A stretch of DNA of 64,000 nt from the NCBI GenBank assembly GCA_030390025.1, contig CM059432.1:2108001-2172000 (forward strand), in the 5' to 3' direction. This DNA comes from Squalus acanthias (lineage: Eukaryota). The first letter of the stretch is position 1, and each line of letters opens with the position of its first letter. The notes beneath the pieces were generated by a model. It was given only the letters and a program-made list of their open reading frames with translations. It made no database searches and was not told where the DNA came from. Position numbers and translations under genes: made by a program. Below are positions 34,786 to 48,231 of the stretch, piece after piece.

Positions 34786-36589
34786 TTCATTCTCGATGAT
34801 ACTAGAACTGAGAGGTTATACCTATCAGGAAAGGTTGAACAGGCTGGGGCTCTGCTTTCTAGAAAAGAGAAGGCTGAGGGGTATATTCAAGGCTAAGATC
34901 GATAGATTTTTGGACTCTAGGGGAATCAAGGTAATATGGATGAGAAAGTAGTGCTGAGGTCGAAGATCAGCCATGATCTTATTGAATGGCGGAGCAGGCT
35001 CGAGGGGCCGTATGGCCGACTCCTGCTCCTATTGGGTGACCTGATAGAGGTCGTTAAAAATTAAGAAAAGGGTTTGATAGGGTAGACACAGAGAAGATGT
35101 CTCCACTTGTTGGGGAGACCAAAACTAGGGGCCATCAATACAAGGTAATCACTAATAAATCCAATCGGGAATTCAGGAGAAACTTCTTTACCCAGCGAGT
35201 GGTGAGAATGTGGAACTCGCTACCACAGGGAGTGGTTGAGGCGAATAGCAGATGCATTTAAGGGGAAGCTGGATAAACACATGAGGGAGAAAGGAATAGA
35301 AGGATCTGTCGATAGGGTGAGATGAAGATGTGTGGGAGGAGGCTCATGTGGAGCATAAACATAAGAACATAAGAAATAGGAGCAGGAGTTGGCCATACGG
35401 CCCCTCGAGCCTGCTCCGCCATTCAATAAGATCATGGCTGATCATCGACCTCAGCATTACTTTCCCATCCATATTACCTCGATTCCCCTAGAGTCCAAAA
35501 ATCTATCGATCTCAGCCTTGAATATACTCAACGACTCAGCATCCACAGCCCTCTGGGGTAGAGAATTCCTCCTCATCTCAGTCCTAAATGACCGACCCCT
35601 TATCCTAAGACTATCCTAAGACCCCTAGTTCTAGACTCCCCAGCCAGGAGACACGACCTCTCAGCATCTGCCCTGTCAAGCCCTCTCAGAATTTTATACG
35701 TTTCAATGAGATCACCTCTCATTCTTCCAAACTCCAAAGAGTTTAGGCCCATAAACATTGGAATAGACCTGTTGGGCAAATGGCCTGTTTCTGTGCTGTA
35801 CATACTCTGTAATTCAGCCAATTCAAGATCCCTGGTCCCAGAGAAGCTATGGGTTTCTGCATCCAAAGGCCAGTCTGAAAAGCTAGTTGCTTCCCTGGTT
35901 CATCAACTATCTCAGCCAAGTAGACAGTAGCAAACATGTGTGGCCATCCACAAGGATGAAACAAAGTCAGGTCCCCAGTGACTACAGACCAAGGACATCA
36001 TTCACAAATAGCGTTACCTTTCAATACCTAGCATGAAGGAAGAAAGAAAGACTTGCATTTCTATAGCGCCTTTCACAACCTTAGGACGTCCCAAAGCGCT
36101 TTACAGCCAATAAAGAACTTTTGAAGTGTAGTCACTGTTGTAATGTAGGAAACGCGGCAGCCAATTTGTGCCAAAGGATGATCAAAGCATGGCCCAAAAA
36201 GTGTACTGATCAATCATTCGGATAATGCCACACCTTACAAATGTATTACAGTATAAAAAGTGGGCTGCATATAGTGACACCACAAGACCTGGCCAGAATG
36301 GAGATGATTGGGTAATTTCCCCCCCGTCAATCACGCACATCCCTTGTATTGTGTAACTATCCTCCACTCACTGCATTGCGCTGGAGAAATAATCCTGCTT
36401 TTATCAGGAGACTTTGCTGTAGTTTGGGTCATGAGTTCTGCTTGTTGCAGTTTGTCGAGACTCTTTTTAAATAGACTCTGTAGACTGTTTGCTGTTTAAA
36501 CAGACTCTGCTGAGCAAATAGACTTTGCTCGCCTTAAGATAGACTGCTTGCTGTGAGTCCTGCTGTAAGTCACGAGTTAGGCCACAGCT

Positions 36590-37165
36590 AGATAAGACAC
36601 TCGTTAGGGCACAGCTAGAGTACTGTGTACAGTTCTGGTCACCACATTCACAGGAAAGATGTGAGTGTAATAGAGAGGGTCCAGAGGAGATTTACGAGGA
36701 TGCTGCCAGGATTGGAGAATTTTAGCTACGAGGACAGATTGGATAGGCTGGGGTTGTTTTCTTTGGAACAGAGGAGGCTGAGGGGAGACTGGATTGAGGT
36801 GTATAAAATTATGAGGGGCCTAGATAGAGTGGATAGGAAGGACATATTTCCCTTAGCAGAGCGGTCAATAACCAGGGGGCATAGATTTAAAGTAATTGGT
36901 AGAAGGATTAGAGGGGAGTTGAGGAGAACTTTGTTCACCCAGAGGGTGGTGGGGGTCTGGAACTCACTGCCTGAAAGGGTGGTAGAGGCAGAAACCCTCA
37001 TCACATTTAAAAAGTACTTGGATATGCACTTGAAGTGCCGTAACCTACAGGGCTACGGACCAAGAGCTGGAAAGTGGGATTAGGCTGGATAGCTCTTTGT
37101 CGGCCGGCACAGACACGATGGGCCGAATGACCTCCTTCTGTGCCGTAAATTTCTGTGATTCTCTG
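36590..37165 (+). mobile_element. CR1 LINE 3' fragment
   Basis: ORF 36625..37083: ERVQRRFTRMLPGL...FTQRVVGVWNSLP. Confidence 0.9.
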
Positions 37166-39345
37166 AGGCCCGTCCCACCCCACCTCCAGCTCACTGGCTG
37201 ACACAGTGGTGTGAATAGACACTTCGCAAAAAAGTGTGCCAGCGCTAAAATGGCCTCTGTGATAAAAAGGTTAGGGGCCTTGTAATTAAGAGCATGAACA
37301 TTAAGAAAGGTTTCTCTCTCGTCAACTATGCAGGAGGCCGTGGATCACGTTCTCCTTCATGATTTCCGAGTTCTCGATGCATGAGAATTCTCATCCCATT
37401 CGCTTAAAAATACTAAAAGGAAAAGACTGCACGACCCACCAAATCCTACCCAAAGGTTTTTCACGCTTCAGAGAGCTAACACAGATTTCCTGCAGAGAGA
37501 CTACGCCAGGTAACTAAAGCAATTCTCTCCTTTGGTGCAATGACTGAGTCCCTCGACAGTGTGTAGACTGGTTCTTCAGCTCAGTCACCAGAGAGGATAA
37601 GGAGAATATATCCGAATAAATTGTCATAAAATGAGGGTATGTGATTTTCCTTCTGTCTCCGGAGCTTTGCTTTTTGGTCAGCCGCATGTCGGAGACACAC
37701 AGAAACCCATCAGCATGCTTAACAGTCTCTGAACCCAACTACTCAGGAATTCAAAACCCACTTAACTAGCATTTCTGTCAGCCTGGTACAGATTACACAT
37801 TCCTCCCTTCAACACTCTGCTTACCTGAACCCAGAGAACTTAACATAACAACGTCAGAACATAAGAATGAGGAGCAGAAGTCGGCCATACGGCCCCTCGA
37901 GCCTGCTCCGCCATTCAATAAGATCATGGCTGAACTTCGACCTCAACTCCACTTTCCCGCCCGATCCCCATATCCCTCGATTCCCTTCGAGTCCAAAAAT
38001 CTATCCATCTCAGCCTTGAATATACTCAATGATTCAGCATTCACAGCCCTCTGGGGTAGAGAATTTCAAAGATTCACAACCCTCTGAGTGAAGAAATTCC
38101 TCCTCATCTCAGTCTTAAATGGCCGACCCCTTATCCTGAGACCGTGACCCCTAGTTTTAGACACTCCAGCCAGGGGGAAACAACCTCTCAGCATCTACCC
38201 TGTCAATCCCCCTCAGAATCTTATATGTTTCAATGAGATCACCCCTCATTCTTCTAAACTCCAGAGAGTATAGGCCCAATCCACTCAATCTCTCCTCATA
38301 GGGCAGCCCTCTCATCCCAGGGATCAATCTAGTGAACAAGAATAGCCTTATGTGCCCAGGATACTGCAGGAATATCACCACCAAAAGCTACACAGCTTAC
38401 CATCATAGTACAGCGGCAAGCTTCTTGCTATAGACATCCTACCTATTCGGGTGCTGGGCTTGCAGAGTTAACTGGAGCTAATCAGAGAGTCAGATAGCAC
38501 AGGAGGCCATTCGGCCCATCGTGCCTGTGCCGGCTCTTTGATAGAGCTCTCCAATTAGTCCCACTCCTCCCCCGCTCTTTGCCCACAGCCCTGCAAATTT
38601 TTTCTCCTTCAAGTATTTATCCAATTCCCTTTTGAAAGTCACTACTGAATCTGCTTCCACTGCCCTTTCAGGCAGCGCATTCCAGATCACAACAACTCGC
38701 CGCGTAAAAAAAATTCTCCTCATCTCCCCCGACTATTTTTTTGCCAATTATCTTCAATCTGTGTCCTCTGGTCACCGACCCTCCTGCCAGTGGAAACAGT
38801 TTCTCCTTATTTACTCTATCACAACCCTTCATAACTTTGAACGCCTCCATTAAATCTCCCCTTAGCCTTCTCTGCTCTAAGGAGAACAATCCCAGCTTCT
38901 CCAGTCTCTCCACGTAATTGAAGTCCCTCATAAACAAGACAGACTTGCATTTCTATAGCGCCTTTCACCACCTCAGGACGTCCCAAAGCGCTTTACAGCC
39001 AATTAAATACTTTTGAAATGCAGTCACTGTTGTAATGTGGGAAACGCGGCAGCCAATTTGTGCACAGCAAGGTCCCACAAACCGAAATGTGATAATGACC
39101 AGACAATCTGTTTTATCCTGCCTGAACTTTATGCTCAAGTCTCTGGAGTGGGACTATGAACCCACAACCTTCTGCCTCAGAGGCGAGCGTGCTGCCCACT
39201 GAGCCATGGCTGACACCTAATGAGGAAACTGAAGACTCTAAGGGTACGCGTTCCTCGAAGCTTGCATCATTCATGCTATCTGACGAGAGGTGGCACTGGC
39301 ACTGAGGCAAAAATGCCTGCCCCCCCCGCCCCCCTGCTTGACTGC

Positions 39346-39393
39346 AGAACACTGATGCGCAAGAAGTTCAATGACCTGACTAGGGCTGGCAAG
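39346..39393 (+). pseudogene. Fragment of a Myb/SANT-like (trihelix) DNA-binding domain, probably Harbinger ORF2-derived
   Basis: RTLMRKKFNDLTRAGK followed by a GTAATA donor; resembles the RTxxQCRKKxNDL third helix. Confidence 0.45.
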
Positions 39394-40170
39394 GTAATAC
39401 ACCCAACCTCACTCTCCCCTTTCTTCCTTGACAACAGTGGGCCCCATAACCACTAATGCACTGAAACTACCCAGGAAATTCACCCCCTTCGTCCTGTAGC
39501 CTTGTTCCCAGAATATTCCCCATTCATCTTCCCCTTTGAAGGGTTTTTAAGAGGGAAACACAGCTTTCCCAATACACCACTGAAATCTCACCTTACCGCT
39601 CACCGCCTGGGAAGAGACAAGCAATAACAAAATCATTCTGCAATGAGCTTTGACGGGCCCCTCCACACACAGGCCCGAATCCTGTTCGTGCCACTAGATA
39701 TGGGGATGATGCAACTTAACTTCAAAGCCAGCATTAAAACATATTCTGTGGCACTCTCCATCCCCTTTAACCCAAATAGTTACACATGTGCATTCCTCAG
39801 GTTACACTGTGCCTCCAGCAATCAAAATGCGTGCTGTTTGCCAGTAAGGAAATGTGCTTTTTCAGGGTGTCCCAGCAATCACAACATCCGATCACTGGAC
39901 TCTCAATAAAAGACGTTTCGACTCGCGCTTTCAAAATATGCCTCCGACAAACTCATATACAACTGGCCCCGATTTTTAAGTTCAGGATATATTCATAGGT
40001 TTGTTGAAAGAATTCAAAATGGGTCACAACCAAAGTTCCTCTGAAGCCGCGCGGCGCCCTCAGCGCCCGCACAGACGGCTCGCCCGCTTCTAAACGGAAA
40101 AAACGGCACGGTCCACGCAGCCAAAATAAATTAAAGAGAACATTGGTCACAACCCCCTCTCCACGTTAAC

Positions 40171-42480
40171 CCACACACCCTCACACACACACACACCCTC
40201 ACGCACACACCCTCACACACAAACACACACCCTCACACACACACACCCACACACACCCTCACACACACACACTCACACACACAACCTCACACACACACAC
40301 CCACACACACACACACACCCTCACACACACACACACCCACACACACACACACCCACACACACACACACACCCTCACACACACACACTCACACACACAACC
40401 TCACACACACACACCCACACACACCCTCACACACACACACCCACACACACCCTCACACACACACCCACACACACACACACCCACACACACACCCTCACAC
40501 ACACACCCACACACACACCCTCACACACACACACCCTCACACACACACCCCCACACACACACACCCTCACACACACACACCCTCACACACACACTCACAC
40601 ACACCCTCACACACACCCTCACACACACACACCCTCACACACACCCTCACACCATCACACACACCCTCACACACACACTCACACACACACCCTCACACAC
40701 ACACACCCTCACACACACCCTCACACCATCACACACACTCACACACCCTCACACCATCACACACCCACACACACACACCCTCACACACACACTCACACAC
40801 ACACTCACACACACACCATCACACACACCCTCACACACACACCATCACACACACATCGTCACACACACCCTCACACACACACCCTCACACACACACACCC
40901 TCACACACACACTCACACACACACCCTCACACACACACCCTCACACACACACACCCTCACACACACACCCTCACACACACTCACACACCCTCACACCCTC
41001 ACACCCACACACACACACCCTCACACACCCTCACACACACACTCACACACACACACCATCACACACACACCATCACACACACACCGTCACACACACCCTC
41101 ACACACACACCCTCACACACACACACACTCACACACACACCCTCACACACACACACCCTCACACAGCCTCACACACACACACCCTCACACACACACCCTC
41201 ACACACGCACACCCTCACACACACCCTCACACACACACACACTCACACACCCTCACACACACACTCACACACACACCCTCACACACACACCCTCACACAC
41301 ACACACCCTCACACCATCACACACACCCTCACACACACACTCACACACACCCTCACACACACACACCCTCACACACATCCTCACACCATCACACACCCTC
41401 ACACCATCACACACCCACACACACACACCCTCACACACACCCACACACTCACTCACACACACACCATCACACACACCCTCACACACACCATCACACACAC
41501 ACCGTCACACACACCGTCACACACACCTCACACACACCCTCACACACACCCTCACACACACACCATCACACACACACCGTCACACACACCGTCACACACA
41601 CCCTCACACACACACTCACACACACACCGTCACACACACCCTCACACACACACCCTCACACACACACCATCATACACTCACCCTCACACACACACACCCT
41701 CACACAGCCTCACACACACACACCCTCACACACACACAGCCTCACACACACACCCTCACACACGCACACCCTCACACACACCCTCACACACACACACTCA
41801 CACACCCTCACACACACACCCTCACACACCCTCACACACACACTCACACACACCCTCACACACACACCCTCACACACACACACCCTCACACACACCCTCA
41901 CACACACACACACTCACACACCCTCACACACACACCCTCACACACCCTCACACACACACTCACACACACCCTCACACACACACCCTCACACACACACCCT
42001 CACACACACACCCTCACACACACCCTCACACCATCACACACACTCACACCCTCACACACACACTCACACACACACCCTCACACACACACCCTCACACACA
42101 CACTCACACACACACCCTCACACACACCCTCACACACACACCCTCACACACACCCTCACACCATCACACACACTCACACACGCTCACACCATCACACACC
42201 CACACACACTCACACACACTCACACACACACCCTCACACACACAGTGTCACACACACCATCACACACACACCCTCACACACACACCCTCACACACACGCC
42301 ATCACACACACACCCTCACACACACACACTAACACACACCCTCACACACACACCCTCACACACACTCACACACTCACTCACACACACACACCCTCACACA
42401 CACACCCTCACACACACCCTCACACACACTCACACACACCCTCCCACACACACCCTCGCCCTCACCCTCACACACACACG
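40171..42480. repeat. Complex CA microsatellite with CCCT/CCAT punctuation
   Basis: ~2.3 kb of CCCT(CA)n units. Confidence 0.95.
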
Positions 42481-45000
42481 CAGTTGATCTTGATGATCCC
42501 GGTTGCCACCAATCATTGTTGTGCTGGACAGTGAAGTCTGGTTTTGCGGTTCAGGATCCTAATGCTTTGTAAAAGAATGAGTATGAGCTTCCATGTATAA
42601 GCAGAGGACCAAATTTGAGTTAGTTTGCAATTCTGTGGCATTAGTTAACTGATATCCTATAGCCAGAATGCTCCAGTGAATGACACCCAAAATTCTCAGC
42701 ACAGTTTTCCAGTGTCAATGCCACTGAAGCGAGGTGTTAAATCCCTCCCTCCCGGTCACTGCACTGTTCCAAAAGAGGTGAAAAATATGCAGCTCTTGCT
42801 GTGCTGTTTATGGTGAAAGATTCCTTCTTGGATTTGTCCTCTCCAGATAGGTTCTTACTGGAAGTTTCTGGAATTTTGGATCAAATTCGCTGCTGTTGAG
42901 AAATCCAGAGAGAAAGAAGGAAAGGAAAAGAAGAGAGGATACTTGTGAAGTGTAGTCACTGTTGTAATGTAACACGAGGTTCAGGAAGGCGGCTCACCAC
43001 CACCTTCTCAAGGACAACTCGGGATGGGCAATAAATGCCGGCCTGGCCAGCGACGCCCACATCCAAGAATGAATTAAACAAAATATACATGATAGTGTCG
43101 CACTAGAATCATTGAACGATGACACAGCACAGAGGGAGGCCATTCGGCCCATCGTGCCTGTGCCGGCTCTTTGGTCGAGCTCTCCCATTAGTCCCACTCC
43201 CCCCCGGCTCTTTCCCCACAGCCCTGTGAATTTGCAGGAAACAGCAATGAGTTAAATGATCAGATAATCAGTTTCAGTGATGTTGGTTGAGGGATAAATA
43301 TTCCAAGTCCTTCTTAGCTCGCGAATTACTCGATTTATTCAATTCAATTTCACGATTTGTCACAGTGGGATTTGAACTCCCGACCTCTAGTCCTGCACCG
43401 TTACCACTAGGCTGCTGTACCCATGAAAAATCAATAATACAATGAGACAGGGTGGGAGAAGGAGCAATCAGATCCTTGACCAAACCGTGTAATCCTCTGA
43501 TCTGACCATATCTCGAGTACTGCGTCTAGTTCGACTCGCGGGAAGCTACAAGACTGATCCCTGTCTGACGGAGGTGTGACAGCAGGTGGCTCAGAGGTGA
43601 CCTTATGTAGAGATAGATGCAAGATTGTGAATAGTACAGAAAAGGTAGACGCGGAGCATGACAACGTAAGAAATAAAAAAAGGCTGCACCCCTCCCTCAG
43701 CTCATCCGCTGCTGAAACCCTCATCCGTACCTTTGTCACCTCTAGACTCGACTATTCCAACGCACTCCTGGCCGGCCTCCCACAAGCCATTTAGGACAGA
43801 AATGAGGAAGAATTTCTTCACCCAGAGAGTGGTGAACCTGTGGAATTCTCTACCACAGAAGGTAGTTGAGGCCAAGTCATTAAATATATTCAAGAAGGAG
43901 TTAGATATATTTCTTAAGGCTAAAGGTATCAAGGGATATGGGGAGAAAGCAGGGACAGGGTACTGAGTTTGGATGATCAGCCATGATCTCATCGAATGGC
44001 GGAGCAGGCTGGAGGGGCCGAATGGCCTACTCCTGCTCCTATCTTCTATTCTACTCTACATAAACTTGAGGTCATCCAAAACTCGGCTGCCCGTGTCCTA
44101 ACTCACACCAAGTCCCGTTCACCCATCACCCCCTGTGCTCGCTGACCTACATTGGCTCCCGGTTAAGCAACACCTTGAGTATAAAATTCTCATCCTCGTT
44201 TTCAAATCACTCCCTATCTCCTCCAGCCCTACAACCCTCTCCACCTCCCTAAACCTCTCTGTCTCTCTACCTCTCTCTCCTCCTTTAAGACGCTCCTTAA
44301 AACCGACCTCTTTGACCCAGGTTTTGGTTATCTGCCCTAATATCTCCTTGTGTGGCTCGGTGTCAAATTTTGTTTGATAATCGCTCCTGTGACGCGCCCT
44401 GGGACGTTTCACTACGTTAAAGGCGCTGTCTAAATACAAGTTGCCCTTATTCCCGACACAGGGGTGTCAATGGACACTCTGAACAAACTCAGGCCCAATA
44501 TAAAAACTTTTGTACTCTTAAAAGCAGCGGAAGGGATAAAGTTGGGCAGGGTCTGTGGCTAACAGATCTCGCATTATTGTGGTCATATAAAACCGAAATA
44601 TATCACTGTTAAATTATCAGATATTGGCAGTCATTTCACAGTCACAGATTTTGAATAATATTCCTTTATTTGACATGCATTGTATTTAATACCACATTGG
44701 GAATAGTGTCATTTGCCACTAATATAGTTAAAGTCCTGTTATTAACCGGATATATGTAGCTAACTGACTCCATTCATCTTACAGCAACTCAACCTGTATT
44801 CCAGAATTTGCATACAGAGACTTGTACCAAATGGATTAGAATATTGCTGTAGTGAAATGAATGCAGGAAACTCAAACTTGAAAGAAGAAATTCCCCTTTC
44901 AAATATTTCCCAGAATCTCTACATTTATGGGCTTTGAATACATTTACGGATCAGAGATTGATGGGATGGCTTCTCCTTCTCAATTCATGCACTGTGCTAA

Positions 45001-45356
45001 AAAGACTTGGATTTCTATCGTGCCTTTCATGACCTCAGGATGTCCCAAAGCTCTTTACAACCAAAAACATTACTTTTTTTTTGAAGTGTAGGCACTGTTG
45101 TAATGTAGGAAACGCGGCAGCCAATTTGCGCACAGCAAGCTCCCACAAACAGCAATGTGATAATGACCTGATAATCTATTTTATGTGAATGTTGGTTGAG
45201 GGATAAATATTGGCCAGGACACCGGGGAGAACTCCCCCAGCTCTTCTTCAAAATAGTGCCATGGGATCTTTTACATCCACCTGAGAGAGCAGACGGGGCC
45301 TCGGTTTAATGTCTCATCCAAAAGACGGCACCTCCGACAGTGCAGCGCTCCCTCAG
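45001..45356 (-). mobile_element. DeuSINE-type SINE (5'-truncated)
   Basis: Reverse complement of the SINE body and tail. Confidence 0.85.
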
Positions 45357-47660
45357 CAGAAAAAGGAATAAGTCCACGTGAACTTATTTAACTCGTGTCC
45401 TAACTCGCACCGAGTGCCGTTCACCCATGCTCAGGGCATCAAGGGATATGGCGATAGGGCCGGTGAATGGAGTTGAGGCAGAAGATCAGCCATGATCTCA
45501 TTGAATGGCGGAGCAGGCTCGAAGGGCCGAATGGCCGACTCCTGCTCCTAATTCTTATGTTCTTATGGCTTGAATTTAAAATTCTCATCCTTATTTTCAA
45601 ATCCCTCAATATCGATGTAACCTCCTCCAGCCTTGCAACCCCCCGAGATCTCTGCTCTCCTCCAATTCTGGCCTCTTGAGCATTTCCGATTTCCATCGCT
45701 CCACTATTGGCGACCGTGCCTTTATGCTGCCTGGGCCCTAAGCTCTGGAATTCCCTCCCTAAAGCTCTCCGCCTCTCTCTCCTCCTTTAAGACGCTCCTT
45801 AAAACCTACCTCTTTGACCAAGCTTTTGGTCACCTGTCCTAATATCTCCTCATGTGGCTCAGTGTCAAATTTTTGTTTGATGATCGCACCTGTTAGGCAA
45901 GGGTATTAAGGGATACGGAACCAATGGAGTTAAGATACAGATCAGCCATGATCTAACTGAATGTCAGAACAGGCTCGAGGGGCTGAATGGCCTCCTCCTG
46001 CTCCGATGTTCCTATTTTTAAAACTCATTAATGAAAAGTGAATGCCCCTATGATGTTTCTCCTGGGTGTTTCTCGCCGCAGTGTCCCGGAGATTAATCTT
46101 CAATTCCTGGAGACGCCAGGGCCAACCCTGGAGGGTTGGCAATTATGTCACGTGGCTTTTACTGTACTAGGCCTCGGCCCACTCCTGACCACGTGCTTTT
46201 GCTGTTGAAGTGAGCACACTTATTGGCGTAGACAGATTAGCAGATTCTATCATAATCATTTATTTAATCATAGAAATTATTTCAGGGAGCTGTAATTGTT
46301 CAACATCGGATTAACTTCCACATCACTGCCCTCACATTCAAAGAAACACTTGCTTATAACCATAATTTAGTGAGTTCTTGTAAAACTGAATCGAGTGGCT
46401 TTCCATCTTAGTAAAATTTTGTAAATCTTGTCTTTAAAAAAAGACACGAAGACATTCTGAAAATATTAATGCCAGCAACATTTTAACATTTCTAATTCAC
46501 AGATCTCTGCCGAGCAAGTGAACAAAAGAACGAAAAACGTGTGGGAGAAGGAAAAAGACCTTTTGTACTGTTCACAGAAGAGCCAAAGAAGCCAATCACC
46601 CAGAGCTAAGTGCTGTAACCCTTGTGACTTGGTCGAGTCCTCCTGTATCGTTGCAACACAGCACCGCGAGGTCCTGACTGCAAGGGGTTTATTTTTTCCT
46701 CGTCTTGCTCCAATTGTACCTTTCAGTGAACGGGAACACTGCCATAAAACAAATGGGTAACTACCGAGGAAACCTAGATATAGTAAAAGCTACCTGGTGG
46801 GAATAACCCTTTGGAAAGCAAAACACTCCCTTTATCCATTCATTCTTCTTGAAGAATTACAAGTCAGTGTTTGGTTCCCAGTCAGAATGAATGTGCTTCC
46901 AACGTTTGCACAAAGGATGTCATTATCATCAACTACAACAACTTGCATTTGTATAGCGCCTTTAACGTAGTAAAACGTCCCAAGGTGCTGCACAGGACAA
47001 GATGTGACACCGAGCCACACAAGGAGATATTAGGCCAGGTGACCAACAGCTTGGTCAAAGAGGGAGGTTTTAAGGAGCGTCTTAAAGGAGGAGAGAGAGG
47101 CGGAGAGGTTTAGGGAGGGAATTCCAGAGCTTAGGGCTCAGGCAGCTGAAGGCACGGCCGCCAATGGTGGAGCGATTAAAATCGGGGGATGCACAAGAGG
47201 CCAGAACTGGAGGAGCTCAGAGACCTTGGAGGGTTGCATTTGGTAATAAGAATTAAAACCCTTCTCATTCAGTGTAAAAATGGTAGTACAATGCTACAAA
47301 TCTCATCCCATTCTAACTGCACTGCCTCTACCAAGACCAATCCACAATGATGGTCCTTTGATGTATCTCAGGTGCCTCACGTCCCGAGGTTGTGAAGTGC
47401 GCTATATAAAGGTAAGTCTCACTTCCTTCACCAAACTGGTCATTATCACATTGCTGTTTGTGGGAGCTTGCTGTGCGCAAATTGGCTGCCGCGTTTCCTA
47501 CATGACAACAGTGACTACACTTCAAAAAGTACTTCATTGGCTGTAAAGCGCTTTGGGACATCCTGAGGTCATGAAAGGCGCTGTAGAAAGGCAGGTCTTT
47601 CTTTCTTCCTTCTTAACAAAAACTAACCCTCTTGGAACTTGTTGGCACTGGTTGCCTGAA

Positions 47661-48036
47661 TAGAGTTGCCAACAGTGGTTGGACGTATTCCTGGAGGTTT
47701 CCTCACATCATCTCCCGCCTCCAACCGCCCCGCCCCCATGCTCTTGCCATTGGTCGCCTGGCAGATCAATCCTCGCTGTAATTGGCCAGCTACAATACCC
47801 ACAATCTCCTGTGCCGCAGAAACCCGCTCTATCCATCGTGTGGTCAGAGGAGTTTCAACAGCAGTTTCTCCACAACTCGAATAGTTTTGTAGCTAATAAA
47901 TGAAGATGCACACAAACAATTAAAAGCTTTAATGCATCAATAGTTTTCCTCCCGGTTGCTCACAGCAGTATCCAGGAGATTAATCTTCAATTCCTGGAGG
48001 CTCCATGATGACAATCCAGGAGGGTTGGTAAGACTA
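47661..48036. mobile_element. hAT-like non-autonomous element
   Basis: TIRs TAGAGTTGCCAAC and GTTGGTAAGACTA; 8-bp TSD TGCCTGAA/GGCCTGCA (6/8 match). A fragment also lies at ~46050-46145. Confidence 0.6.
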
Positions 48037-48231
48037 GGCCTGCACTAGGACCTTGGGCACAGTCACACCCGTAGTGCGAAGCAGCTAAATGTAAACTCTC
48101 CGTTCACATTCCACCAGCTCCGAGCTCGATTCTGCGACGCCCATTTCAAGCTTGTGATTATGCCAAACGATTTCAGTTCATCGATAACCTTTAGAATCTT
48201 GAAAACTTCAGTCATGACTCCTCCAGTCACC

